From NCBI GenBank assembly GCA_965218295.1, contig CBDCKN010000015.1, forward strand, positions 256,001 to 320,000: 64,000 nt of DNA. Reading direction: 5' to 3'. How positions within the stretch are numbered: the first letter of the stretch is position 1; each line of letters opens with the position of its first letter. The DNA is from Longimicrobiales bacterium (GTDB lineage: Bacteria > Gemmatimonadota > Gemmatimonadetes > Longimicrobiales > Gaopeijiaceae). Below are positions 19,482 to 29,025 of this stretch, in pieces. The notes under the pieces are model-generated. The model searched no databases. It saw nothing but the letters and a program-made list of their open reading frames with translations, and had not been told where the DNA came from. Both the position numbers and the translations under genes were made by a program.

Positions 19482-20891
19482 TTGCCGGACTCACTAGCGC
19501 AGTCACTCGAAAAGAAGCTGAAAGGCGTCGTCGGTGATGCCTGGGTCATCTCGGACCCGAATCGGCTCCTGGCGTACGAGTCCGACGGGCTGACGGCGTA
19601 CCGGATGCTGCCGATGGCCGTGGTGCTTCCCAAGGACACCGACGAGGTCAGCCGGGTCCTCGAGCTCCTCTCGAAGGAAGGCGTGCCGGTCGTGCCCCGC
19701 GGGGCGGGAACCGGGCTTTCCGGAGGTGCCCTCGCGGGTGAGGGGTGCATCGTGGTAGGGACGGCACGCATGAACCGGATCCTCGAGGTCGATCCGGAGA
19801 ACCGCCTGGCTCTGGTGCAGCCGGGCGTGATCAACGTGGATCTCACGGATGCGGCTTCCCCGTTCGGGCTCTACTATGCGCCCGATCCGTCGTCTCAGAG
19901 CGCCTGCACGCTGGGAGGCAACGTGGCCGAGAACTCGGGAGGGCCCCACTGCCTCAAGTACGGAGTCACCTCACGCTACGTCACGGGTCTCACCATGGTG
20001 ACGTACGGAGGGCAGGTGTCGCGTCTGGGTGGTTTCGGGCGGGAGCCGGGGGGCTACGATCTGGTGGGGCTCTTCGTGGGATCCGAGGGGTGCTTCGGCA
20101 TCGCCACGGAGATCGAGATGCGCCTCCTCCCGAAGCCGGAGGGAGTCCGGACGCTACTGGGGATCTTCGACGAGCTCGAGGACGCCGGCCGAGCCGTGAC
20201 CACCATCATGGCCGACGGCCTTCTGCCGGCCGCATTGGAGATCATCGACGGTCCGACCATCCGGGCGGTGGAGGCCAGCGTGTACGCCGGAGGGTACCCG
20301 ACGGACGCCGAGGCGGCACTCGTCATCGAGTTCGACGGGGTCGAGGCAGGGCTGGGCGCCGACGTCGAGCGGGCCGTCGTCCACTGCCGGGAGGCCGGCG
20401 CACGGGACGTCCGTACGGCGGAGTCGGACCAGGAGCGGCTGGTGCTCTGGCAGGGGCGTAAGAAGGCTTTCGGCGCCATGGGCCGCATCGCCCCGGATCT
20501 GCTTGTTCAGGACGCCACCGTCCCCCGAAGCCGCCTGCCCGACGTCCTGGGACGGATCTCGGAGATCGGGAAGCGATACGATCTGACCGTGGCGAACGTC
20601 TTCCACGCCGGGGACGGCAATCTCCATCCGAACATTCTCTTCGACCGAGGCGATCCCGACGAGATCGAGCGCGTGGAGGAGGCCTCGAAGGAGATCATGG
20701 CTGTGTGCGTCGAGGTGGGGGGTACCATCACCGGAGAGCATGGTGTGGGCCTGGACAAGCGCTCATACATGTCGCTGGTGCACAGCCCGGACGAGCTGGA
20801 GGCCATGCGCCGGGTCCAGGCCGTGTTCGACCCCAGTGGGGGCATGAACCTGGGAAAGGTGCTCCCCGAGCCGTTGGAGGTAGCGCCGTGA
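19482..20891 (+). CDS. glcD: Glycolate oxidase-type FAD-linked subunit
   Basis: PRGAGTGLSGG, PDPSS..CTLGGNVAENSGG, HAGDGNLHP, GEHGVG. Confidence 0.88.
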   Translation: MPDSLAQSLEKKLKGVVGDAWVISDPNRLLAYESDGLTAYRMLPMAVVLPKDTDEVSRVLELLSKEGVPVVPRGAGTGLSGGALAGEGCIVVGTARMNRILEVDPENRLALVQPGVINVDLTDAASPFGLYYAPDPSSQSACTLGGNVAENSGGPHCLKYGVTSRYVTGLTMVTYGGQVSRLGGFGREPGGYDLVGLFVGSEGCFGIATEIEMRLLPKPEGVRTLLGIFDELEDAGRAVTTIMADGLLPAALEIIDGPTIRAVEASVYAGGYPTDAEAALVIEFDGVEAGLGADVERAVVHCREAGARDVRTAESDQERLVLWQGRKKAFGAMGRIAPDLLVQDATVPRSRLPDVLGRISEIGKRYDLTVANVFHAGDGNLHPNILFDRGDPDEIERVEEASKEIMAVCVEVGGTITGEHGVGLDKRSYMSLVHSPDELEAMRRVQAVFDPSGGMNLGKVLPEPLEVAP

Positions 20892-22201
20892 ACCCCATAG
20901 CGGCTCTCCTGGCCAGCCAGCTGCCTGAAGGACAGGTCGTGGACGGCTTCCGTGCGGAGGCATGGGCCGTGTGCGATCGAGTTCCCCACGCGGTCGTCTT
21001 TCCGGAGAGCCAGAACGAGGTGGCGCAGGTCCTGAGCATGGCCAGTGCCCAGGGTTGGCGCTGCGTGCCGAGTGGCAAGGGCACCTGGCTGACGGGCGGG
21101 CAGCCCCCGGAGGGCGTGGAGGTGGTGCTCAGCACGACTCGGATGGATCGTGTGCTCGCCCACGAGCCCGACGACCTCTTCATCACGGCCGAGGCGGGGA
21201 TCGGCCTGGATCTCTTGGCCCGGCGCGTCCTGGAGGGTCGGCAGTGGCTTCCTCTCGACCCGCCCGGTGCCATGCGCGGGAGCCTCGGGGCGACGGTGAG
21301 CACGGCGTCCGCCGGGCCACTTCAGGCGGGCTTCGGCACGCCGAGGGATCACGTCCTGGGGGCGACGCTCGCCACGGGCGACGGCCGCCTGCTCCGCCTG
21401 GGCGGCAAGGTGGTGAAGAACGTGGCCGGGTTCGACCTTCTCAAGCTCGTCCTGGGGAGCTGGGGCACGCTGGGCGTGATCACGTCGGTAACGATCCGGC
21501 TGCACCCCGTGCCGGAGCTCGACCGGACCCTGCTGTTCGAGAGCCCCGACGTGCACTCGGCGGCGCGACTGGCCCGTGCCATCGCAGGGTCCCCGGTCTC
21601 GCTTGCAGCAGTCGAGCTGTTGGCACCCGGGGAGCGAGAGGGGAGGGATCGGAGCAGCGCGCCCCTGGTGGCAGTTCGGATCCTGGAGTCGCCGCCGGCG
21701 GCCGAGGAGGTCGAGCGCGTTGTGTCCGAGCGGGCGGATACCGCCCCGTTCAAGCGCATGGACGGGCAGGATTCCCAGGCCATCTTCGAGAACATTCGAG
21801 GCATGGAGGACGGTGCGGAGCTGGTGATCCGGTTGAGCCTCCTTCCGTCCAGAATGTCCGACCTGGTCGAGATGGCGGTGGGCCTCGCGGAGCTGGCCGA
21901 TCCGGATGTGGGGTGGGGGGCCCGGATGGCGGCTCATGCCCAGACGGGAGTGCTGCGCGTCATGATCGCCCGCGTGCACCGGCGGGAGGGATGGCTGGAG
22001 AGCGCCGTGTCCTTCCTGGCCAACCTCAGGCTTTCGCTCGAATCGGAGGGCGGGAGCATGGTCATCTCGCAGGGGCCACCGGAGGTCGTGGGGACGATGG
22101 GAGCCTGGGGAGAGGTGGGCTCTGCGAGGGGTCTCATGCGAGATCTTCAGAGGGAGTTCGATCCGGCATCGATTCTGACGCCCGGGAGGTTTGCATCGTG
22201 A
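20888..22201 (+). CDS. glcE: Glycolate oxidase-type FAD-binding subunit
   Basis: GGKVVKNVAGFDL..GSWGTLG; GTGA overlap with glcD. Confidence 0.85.
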   Translation: MNPIAALLASQLPEGQVVDGFRAEAWAVCDRVPHAVVFPESQNEVAQVLSMASAQGWRCVPSGKGTWLTGGQPPEGVEVVLSTTRMDRVLAHEPDDLFITAEAGIGLDLLARRVLEGRQWLPLDPPGAMRGSLGATVSTASAGPLQAGFGTPRDHVLGATLATGDGRLLRLGGKVVKNVAGFDLLKLVLGSWGTLGVITSVTIRLHPVPELDRTLLFESPDVHSAARLARAIAGSPVSLAAVELLAPGEREGRDRSSAPLVAVRILESPPAAEEVERVVSERADTAPFKRMDGQDSQAIFENIRGMEDGAELVIRLSLLPSRMSDLVEMAVGLAELADPDVGWGARMAAHAQTGVLRVMIARVHRREGWLESAVSFLANLRLSLESEGGSMVISQGPPEVVGTMGAWGEVGSARGLMRDLQREFDPASILTPGRFAS

Positions 22202-22275
22202 TCCGCCGTCCCTTCGCCATCCTCCTCGCGGCAACGATCCCAGCTGCCTCCATCCGGGGAGGGCTTTCCCGGTGA
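22198..22275 (+). other. 25-aa mini-ORF bridging glcE and glcF
   Basis: GGGAGG RBS; GTG overlaps the glcE stop and its TGA overlaps the glcF GTG; MIRRPFAILLAATIPAASIRGGLSR. Confidence 0.5.
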
Positions 22276-23630
22276 GCGCCCAACGAGGCACGGCGCTGGC
22301 CGCCGCCCTACAGGCACAGGAGGAACGCCTACTTCCTTGCGTCCACTGCGGCTTCTGCCTTCCGGCGTGTCCCACCTACGTCCGGCTGGGGGACGAGAAC
22401 GACTCGCCGCGCGGGAGGCTTCATCTCATGCGCGCCGTGGTGGAGGGGAGGCTTCCCGCCGCGTCGGACGCGTTCCAGACACACATCGACCGGTGCCTGG
22501 GGTGCAGGGCGTGCGAGCCGGTCTGCCCCTCGGGTGTGGAGTACGGCATCCTGCTGGAGCGCGCGCGGGAGGTGGCCTTCCGGGCGCGGAAGCCCCGGAT
22601 GTCGGTCCGGGCTCTCCTGTCCGTGTTCAGGCGAGGCGTCTTGCTGCGCTCGAGCATGGCCTTCGCGAGGATGGCTCGCGGCCTGGGGCTGGCGTGGCTC
22701 GGGGCGAAGCTGACTCCAGGGTTCCGGTCGCTCCATCCCGTGCGCTTCGGGCTCGCCATGCTCGCGGCGAGCCGAGGCTCGCGCCTGTTCTCAGCCGCTC
22801 CCGCGAAATCGGCTTCCTCGCCTGTGGCTGTCCCTGCCGGGGACGCACCCGGAGCGGGCGACGCCGGGGAGGATGCCGCGGAAGCACCACTGCGGGTTGC
22901 CCTCCTCACCGGGTGCGTCCAGGCGGGGCTCTTTGCCCGTGTGAACGACGCGACTGAGAGGGTTCTCAGGGCGAACGGGTTCGAGATTGTGCGGGTGGTG
23001 GGCCAGAAGTGCTGTGGAGCCCTGCACGTACATGCCGGCGATGCCGAAGGCGCCCGCAGGCTCGCTCGAGCGAATGTAGCCGCTTTCGAGAAGTCGAAGG
23101 TCGACTTCGTCGCCGTCAACGCGGCGGGGTGTGGTGCGACGCTGAAGGAGTACGGCCACCTTCTGGCCGGCGACTCGACGTACGCAGAGACGGCCACCCG
23201 GCTCGGCGATGCCACCCGCGACGTCTCGGAGCTGTTGGCCGTGGCCGGAGTGCGACGTGGAGCGCCGGTCCCCCTTCGGGTCACGTACGACGCAGCGTGC
23301 CACCTCTGCCACGCCCAGCGCCTGAAGGAGGCGCCACGGGCGATGCTCGAGGCGATTCCCGAGCTGGATCTCGTGCCTCTTCCGGACGAGGAGGAGTGCT
23401 GTGGGGGAGCGGGCATCTACGGCATGACCCACCCCGAGCTCGGTGGACGTATCGGCTCGGACAAAGTGGCCTCTGTGATCGGCACGGGAGCGGCGGCGGT
23501 GGTGACCGCCAATCCCGGCTGCATCATGCAGATCGGTGCCGGCCTCCTGCTTCGGGGCTCTCGGATCAAGGCACATCATCCGGTAGAGCTCCTGGACGAG
23601 AGCTACAAGCGCGCCGGATTCTATCGATGA
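22272..23630 (+). CDS. glcF: Glycolate oxidase-type Fe-S subunit
   Basis: CVHCGFCLPACP, CLGCRACEPVCP, two CCG domains. Confidence 0.88.
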   Translation: MSAQRGTALAAALQAQEERLLPCVHCGFCLPACPTYVRLGDENDSPRGRLHLMRAVVEGRLPAASDAFQTHIDRCLGCRACEPVCPSGVEYGILLERAREVAFRARKPRMSVRALLSVFRRGVLLRSSMAFARMARGLGLAWLGAKLTPGFRSLHPVRFGLAMLAASRGSRLFSAAPAKSASSPVAVPAGDAPGAGDAGEDAAEAPLRVALLTGCVQAGLFARVNDATERVLRANGFEIVRVVGQKCCGALHVHAGDAEGARRLARANVAAFEKSKVDFVAVNAAGCGATLKEYGHLLAGDSTYAETATRLGDATRDVSELLAVAGVRRGAPVPLRVTYDAACHLCHAQRLKEAPRAMLEAIPELDLVPLPDEEECCGGAGIYGMTHPELGGRIGSDKVASVIGTGAAAVVTANPGCIMQIGAGLLLRGSRIKAHHPVELLDESYKRAGFYR

Positions 23631-23665
23631 GGGGACCATCACCGAGCAGTGGGAGGTCCACGTGA
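23627..23665 (+). other. 12-aa mini-ORF bridging glcF and the M20 gene
   Basis: ATG overlaps the glcF TGA; its TGA overlaps the M20 GTG; MRGPSPSSGRST. Confidence 0.4.
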
Positions 23666-24834
23666 CGGATCCGGTCGCCGGGCGGATCGTCGAGTTCATG
23701 TCCGATCGTAGGGACGCGATCGTGAAGCTGTTGACCGACCTGGCCAGCCTGGAGTCTCCCTCCCTCGTGCCGGAGACCCAGCTCCCGGTGCAGGCTCTCG
23801 TGCGAGGCTCGCTCGAGGAGATCGGTTTCGAGTGCAGCCACATCCCCGGAGAGAAGACGGGGGGACACATCCAGCTGTCGCCGCGGGGCCACGAGGCGAA
23901 CCAGGCACCGATTCAGCTCCTGGTCGGTCACACGGACACCGTGTGGCCCCTGGGAACCCTGGACCGCATGCCGGTGGAGGTCGACGAAGAGAGAGGCGTG
24001 GTGCGCGGTCCCGGGGTCTTCGACATGAAGGCGGGCATCGTGCAGATCGTGTTCGCCCTCCGTGCGCTGGCGGAGATGGGCCTGCAGCCCGAAGTCACAC
24101 CGGTCGTGTTCCTGAACTCGGACGAGGAGATCGGGAGCCCGGAGTCCCACCCCCACGTGGAGCGCCTGGCCAAGAGCGCGAGCCGCGTGCTGGTGCTGGA
24201 GCCGGCTCTCGGCCCCGAAGGGAAGATCAAGACGACCCGTCGGGGTGTCGGGCAGTTCGAGATCCGGGTGGTGGGTAAGGCGTCTCACTCCGGTCTCGCC
24301 CCCGAGGAGGGGGCGAGCGCCATCCAGGAGATGTCCCACGTCATCCAGGCCCTTCACGGACTCACGGATCTGGACGGTGGCATCGGAGTGAACGTGGGGA
24401 CGGTCACGGGGGGCACACAGGCTAACGTTGTGGCCGCGGAGTGTCGTGCACTGGTGGACGTCCGGGTCATGACTCTCGCCGACGCCCGCACCGTGGAGAA
24501 GGCGATCCGGGGTCTCGAGGCCACCACCCCCGGGACGCGCTTGGAGATCGAAGGGGCGGTGACTCGGGCTCCCATGGAGGCGACGCCTCGCAACCAGGCT
24601 CTCTGGGAGGCGGTGCGGGAGTGCGGGCTGAGAATGGGGGTCGAGCTGGCCGAAGGACTCTCGGGAGGCGCCTCCGACGGGAACACCACGAGCCTGTATG
24701 CCGCGACGGTGGATGGCCTGGGTGTCGTGGGCAACGGCGCCCACGCCCATCACGAGTACGTGAGCATGGACAAGCTGCTGGAGAGGACGGCTCTGCTGGC
24801 CCTCATCCTCATGCTTCCGCAACTGGACGGATAG
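23662..24834 (+). CDS. M20 family metallopeptidase (carboxypeptidase G2-like; possible desuccinylase)
   Basis: GHTDTV, GPGVFDMKAG, DEEIGS, GASDGN, GAHAHHE. Confidence 0.88.
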   Translation: MTDPVAGRIVEFMSDRRDAIVKLLTDLASLESPSLVPETQLPVQALVRGSLEEIGFECSHIPGEKTGGHIQLSPRGHEANQAPIQLLVGHTDTVWPLGTLDRMPVEVDEERGVVRGPGVFDMKAGIVQIVFALRALAEMGLQPEVTPVVFLNSDEEIGSPESHPHVERLAKSASRVLVLEPALGPEGKIKTTRRGVGQFEIRVVGKASHSGLAPEEGASAIQEMSHVIQALHGLTDLDGGIGVNVGTVTGGTQANVVAAECRALVDVRVMTLADARTVEKAIRGLEATTPGTRLEIEGAVTRAPMEATPRNQALWEAVRECGLRMGVELAEGLSGGASDGNTTSLYAATVDGLGVVGNGAHAHHEYVSMDKLLERTALLALILMLPQLDG

Positions 24835-24974
24835 GCTCGGACAGGCTCCTCGGGAACCTCTGCACAAGCCTGGTGGGCCTCGTTACGGGCGTCATGGCCT
24901 AGGCGAGAGCATCCCGCCCCCTCTTGACGAAGAGCCTTGCAACCCTTGGGTGGACCGAGGAATCTGGACTTGAT

Positions 24975-25069
24975 GTTGGTGCTGCAACAGCATATATTGA
25001 TACTGCAACTTTCCTCACGCGGCGTCGACGTGTAGTTGGCACTACAACCTTACAAGTTGCTCATGCAAC
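24975..25069. promoter_or_regulatory. Four GTTG-N6-CAAC operator-like boxes upstream of the MarR gene
   Basis: Boxes at 24975-24988, 24996-25009 (ATTG variant), 25035-25048 and 25056-25069; two pairs each spaced 21 bp, in an AT-rich patch. Confidence 0.7.
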
Positions 25070-25081
25070 ATAGAGGCCGTC

Positions 25082-25624
25082 ATGTCCGATGAGGGCTCCA
25101 GCGAAGGGCTCGGTGTCGGCGGCGTCGAGGTCAGTCCGGACACGGACATGTCCGTGGACCAGGAGACTGACCAGCACACCGGCGCGTCCGCATGGATGGA
25201 CGTCGCCGCGGCGCGAGAGGTCCTCCGGTCTTGCGTCTGCAGCCGCACCCGCATGTTGGACCGTCTTCTGACACAACTCTACGACGACGCCCTGGCCCCC
25301 ATTGGGCTACGGGCCAATCAGCTCACCGTGCTCTCCCTTGTCGCGTCTATGGACGGCCTGCGGGCCGTAGACGTGAGTCGCTACCTCGAGATGGACAAGT
25401 CCACGGTGAGCCGTGGACTTGCGCTGCTCCGGGAGAAGGGCTGGGTGGAGGACCGGGGACCCAAAACGCTGGCCCTCACCCGCGAGGGCTCGAGCATTCT
25501 GAGTCGTGCGATGCCCCATTGGAGGCGGGCTGGCGAGGAGGCCGAGCATCTGCTCGGCGAGACGAGCGTCGAGGCCCTCCGTTGTGCCGCGGACGCGTTC
25601 CTTATCCGCCGGGCCCGAGCATAG
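25082..25624 (+). CDS. MarR family transcriptional regulator (CxC subfamily)
   Basis: CVC..R...R.LTQLYDDALAP.GL...Q; MDKSTVSR; LTREG; the true start may be further downstream. Confidence 0.85.
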   Translation: MSDEGSSEGLGVGGVEVSPDTDMSVDQETDQHTGASAWMDVAAAREVLRSCVCSRTRMLDRLLTQLYDDALAPIGLRANQLTVLSLVASMDGLRAVDVSRYLEMDKSTVSRGLALLREKGWVEDRGPKTLALTREGSSILSRAMPHWRRAGEEAEHLLGETSVEALRCAADAFLIRRARA

Positions 25625-26128
25625 AAGGCTGTTGACGGAGTACAGCGGGTCGTCAGCCGTGCTGACGTGCCGCCACCAGTCCACCCGTACGAGATCAGCC
25701 GTGACACCATGGAGCTCAGCGACCATCCGAAGAGGATCGGCCGCCGTCCCTGTCCCGTCCTCCACCACACGCGCTCCAGGACGGCCTTCAGGTCGCGGGC
25801 GGCCCGGTCGGGGGTCAGCCAGCCAGTCTCGTCGCTCGGGGTCTCCCATATCCCCGCAAGTCCACCGCGAAGGTGGCGTAGCCCGCTTCGATAAGCCCGT
25901 CCATGGGAGAGAGGCCTCGACGGGCACCTGGAGGTCGAAGTCCGGACGGCCGCTCCAGGTACGCCTGTGGACCAGCACGATCACACCCTTTGGGCTTGGC
26001 CCGGCCTTCTCCCAGATGGCCGCCGGGTGGCCGTCGACCTCGGCCGTACGGCGAATGGGGGCCTGTCCATGGACCGAGGCCGTAGGGGGTCGATGGCCAA
26101 GCTGGTCTCCGGCCCCCGACCGCCGCAA
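25625..26128 (-). pseudogene. Alpha/beta hydrolase remnant
   Basis: Pieces in different frames: GVIVLVHRRTWS.PDFDL / MDGLIEAGYATFAVDLRGYG..DLKAVL..ILFGWSLS; no intact ORF; ends approximate. Confidence 0.65.
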
Positions 26129-26179
26129 GTTGTCCGGCGGAGCGTCACACTCACATCGTCATTCCAGGAGCCGGCCGGG

Positions 26180-27022
26180 ATGGGGCCCGACCTCACGATC
26201 CGCCCCTTCGAGACCATCGAGGAGTTTCAGGACTGCGTCCGCTTGCAGAAGGAGGCCTGGGGGAGCGGCTTCTCGGATCTGGTGGGCGTGGCCATCCTCA
26301 AGGTCAGCCAACGCCTGGGGGGCATCGCGGCCGGAGCCTACGACGAGAGGGGCGAGCTGGCCGGGTTCGTCTATGGGATGACCGGCGTGGAGAGCGGCGA
26401 GGTCGTCCACTGGTCCGACATGCTGGCGGTGCGCCCAGGGCTCCAGAACGCGGGCCTGGGCGCTCGTCTCAAGGCCTATCAGCGGGACAGGCTCCTGGCG
26501 ATGGGCATCACTCGTGTGCACTGGACGTTCGATCCTCTGGAGTCCAAGAACGCGCATCTGAACCTGAACAAGCTCGGCGCGGTGGCGAGGGAGTACGTGC
26601 AGGACATGTACGGCCAGACCGACTCGCCTCTTCACTCGGGGATCGGGACGGATCGCTTGGTGCCGACGTGGACGTTGGACTCCGAGAGAGTGGTCCAGCG
26701 CCTGGTCGAGGGCCGGTCAGGACCCGAGGTGGGTGCGGATGAGGGGGCCGTGCACGCCTTCGACGTCGTCGGTGAGGGAGGCCTGATCCTCCCCGGCGAA
26801 CCAGACCTGTCGCTGGAGACGTCCCGAATCCTCGTCCCGATTCCGGCATCCATCCAAGAGCTCAAGAGTGAGTCGCTCGAGGCGGCCGTGCGGTGGCGCC
26901 ACGCCACTCGTGCCGCGTTGTCCTCCTACCTGGCCAGGGGCTACGAGGTGCGGGAGCTGTACCGTCGTGGGCAGCACTCAGAATATCTTCTGGGACACCA
27001 CGCTAAGAGAGGAGCCCCGTGA
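26180..27022 (+). CDS. GNAT-superfamily acyltransferase (COG3375-type, D-amino acid N-succinyltransferase-like)
   Basis: HWSDMLAV..GLGARLK.YQR, WTFDPL..NA.LNLNKLG, TDRL; coupled to the NSAR/OSBS gene. Confidence 0.8.
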   Translation: MGPDLTIRPFETIEEFQDCVRLQKEAWGSGFSDLVGVAILKVSQRLGGIAAGAYDERGELAGFVYGMTGVESGEVVHWSDMLAVRPGLQNAGLGARLKAYQRDRLLAMGITRVHWTFDPLESKNAHLNLNKLGAVAREYVQDMYGQTDSPLHSGIGTDRLVPTWTLDSERVVQRLVEGRSGPEVGADEGAVHAFDVVGEGGLILPGEPDLSLETSRILVPIPASIQELKSESLEAAVRWRHATRAALSSYLARGYEVRELYRRGQHSEYLLGHHAKRGAP

Positions 27023-28119
27023 AGATTGATCGTATCGAGTTACGAGAAGTGCGCATGCAGCTCAGGGAGCCGTTCGAGATCTCGAGTGGGGTCGCCTACG
27101 ACCGCCGCGTCCTGCTCCTGGCGTTGTTCTCGGACGGCGTCACGGGTTGGAGCGAGTGCGTGGCGGGCGAGACCCCCGGATACTCCTACGAGACGACGCA
27201 GACCGCTTGGCACATTCTCACGGAGTTCATCCTTCCGAGCGTAGTGGGGACAGAGGTGTCGACGGCATCCCGGGTGCTCGATCCGGCGAGCTGGATCCGT
27301 GGGCACCGCATGGCCAGGGCAGCCGTGGAGATGGCCGCACACGACCTGGATGCCAAGCTCGAGGGAGTGCGCCTGACGGATCACGTCAGCGGAGTCCGCG
27401 ACGCCGTGAGAGTCGGGGTGAGCATCGGTCTTCAACCCACCGACGACGAGCTGCATCGGAAGGTCGGAGACTTCGTCGAGCAGGGATATTCGCGCATCAA
27501 GATCAAGATCAAGCCCGGCCGGGACGTCGAGATGTTGACGGGTCTCCGTGAGCGATTCCCCGACGTTCCCATGATGGCCGACGCCAACTCGGCGTACACG
27601 TTGGAGGACGCTCCCAAGTTGAAGGCGCTGGACGGCCTCGACCTCATGATGCTCGAGCAGCCACTCGCCTACGACGACTATCTGAATCACGCTCGCCTGC
27701 AGGAGACGCTCGAGACTCCGGTCTGCCTCGACGAGTCGATCCGGTCGGTGGGCGATGCCGAGCTGGCCGTCGAGCTCGGCGCCTGCCGCATCATCAACAT
27801 CAAGCCCGGGAGGGTGGGCGGCTTCGAATCATCCAAGGCGATCCACGACCTCTGCGTGGCAAACGACGTTCCCGTTTGGTGCGGCGGTATGCTCGAGTCG
27901 GGCGTCGGAAGAGCCCACAACGTGGCCCTGGCCACGCTGCCCGGCTTCACCCTGCCGGGGGACATCTCGGCCAGCCGGCGTTACTGGCACGAGGACATCG
28001 TAGACCCCGAGTTCGTCATGGTAGACGGAGAGATGCACGTCCCCCCGGGGCCGGGAATCGGGGTGGAACTCAGGACGGATCTCATCGAGGAGCGAACGGT
28101 CCGAAAGGAGGTATTCTGA
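27019..28119 (+). CDS. menC: o-succinylbenzoate synthase / N-succinylamino acid racemase (NSAR/OSBS subfamily)
   Basis: KIKIKPG, DANSAY, EQP, LDES, NIKPGRVGG, WCGGMLE, PGDIS. Confidence 0.85.
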   Translation: MKIDRIELREVRMQLREPFEISSGVAYDRRVLLLALFSDGVTGWSECVAGETPGYSYETTQTAWHILTEFILPSVVGTEVSTASRVLDPASWIRGHRMARAAVEMAAHDLDAKLEGVRLTDHVSGVRDAVRVGVSIGLQPTDDELHRKVGDFVEQGYSRIKIKIKPGRDVEMLTGLRERFPDVPMMADANSAYTLEDAPKLKALDGLDLMMLEQPLAYDDYLNHARLQETLETPVCLDESIRSVGDAELAVELGACRIINIKPGRVGGFESSKAIHDLCVANDVPVWCGGMLESGVGRAHNVALATLPGFTLPGDISASRRYWHEDIVDPEFVMVDGEMHVPPGPGIGVELRTDLIEERTVRKEVF

Positions 28120-28297
28120 AAACGCGCCGGCATCTCCCGGCATCTCCCGCCGGACCCCGGATTGCCTATCTACGTATTATGGAGAGGAGGGCGTCGATCC
28201 CGGCACTTTCGGATTCCTCCACCTCGGTCGGTGTGACCGGTGGAGGCGGCCGGAAGCACAGTGGCAAGGAAGCCCGCGGCCGGGAAAGGAGGGATCC

Positions 28298-29020
28298 ATG
28301 ATAATGCCCACGATTCGGGCCTCGCTGAGCCGCCGTGACGCACGGCAGCTGGTAGCGCTCATTATAGCCCGTGGCGATCCGGAAATATGGCAGGCTGCTC
28401 GACTTCGTCTCGACGAGCACGGGGTCGACAGCCTCTTGGATGACCCCAGAGTCCTGAACGGACTCCTCACCGATCCCGAAGTTTCCGTGCCTCCCCCCAT
28501 CGTCTTTTACGTCCTGGTTCGGCAGGCACTCCTGGAAGGCGGCATCGACGACCGTGGCACGGCCGACTACGTCGCCTCGCTCATCGCTGCGTTCGGACGC
28601 GCCAGGCGGGCGTATCGGATCTCCGCCCAGGACGACAGCGAATTCCACTACCTCGTGGATATTGTCTCGGAGATGCGGACTGCCGGCGGACGACGGCAGT
28701 TCCTCCTACGGATGCACATGGGGGACTTCGCTCTCTGGATGTCGGGGCTGTTCCCAGACTACCTGGAGGAACGGAGCCGACGCCGGGGCGCTCCACCCAT
28801 CGCCTACTTCGAGGAGCTGGGCGCCGACGGCTACCGGCTGGCGTCCAAGAGCCGAGAGGCGGAGGAGCTCGGCATGAACGCCCTTCTCAAGGACATCGCC
28901 GACCACTTCAGCGGGGTACGTGTGGCGCTCAACCGGATCTCCGATCGCCACTTCTGGCCCCAGGCAGGCGATCCGGTCAGCCGCCTGTTACGAGAGGTCT
29001 CGGGCCACTTCGGAGGCTGA
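28298..29020 (+). CDS. Conserved hypothetical protein
   Basis: AGGAGG RBS; 240-aa ORF with host codon usage; ADYVA.L..F and GDFALWMSGLFPD motifs. Confidence 0.75.
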   Translation: MIMPTIRASLSRRDARQLVALIIARGDPEIWQAARLRLDEHGVDSLLDDPRVLNGLLTDPEVSVPPPIVFYVLVRQALLEGGIDDRGTADYVASLIAAFGRARRAYRISAQDDSEFHYLVDIVSEMRTAGGRRQFLLRMHMGDFALWMSGLFPDYLEERSRRRGAPPIAYFEELGADGYRLASKSREAEELGMNALLKDIADHFSGVRVALNRISDRHFWPQAGDPVSRLLREVSGHFGG

Positions 29021-29025
29021 GGCCG

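Noticed and set aside
20507..22375. Long antisense/alternate-frame ORFs (this one, 46689-48308, 1025-2362 and many others)
   Set aside because: Shadows of real genes caused by high GC3; Arg/Pro/Gly-rich with no motifs
27019..28119. Menaquinone biosynthesis locus
   Set aside because: No other men genes; the GNAT/M20 context favours racemase function
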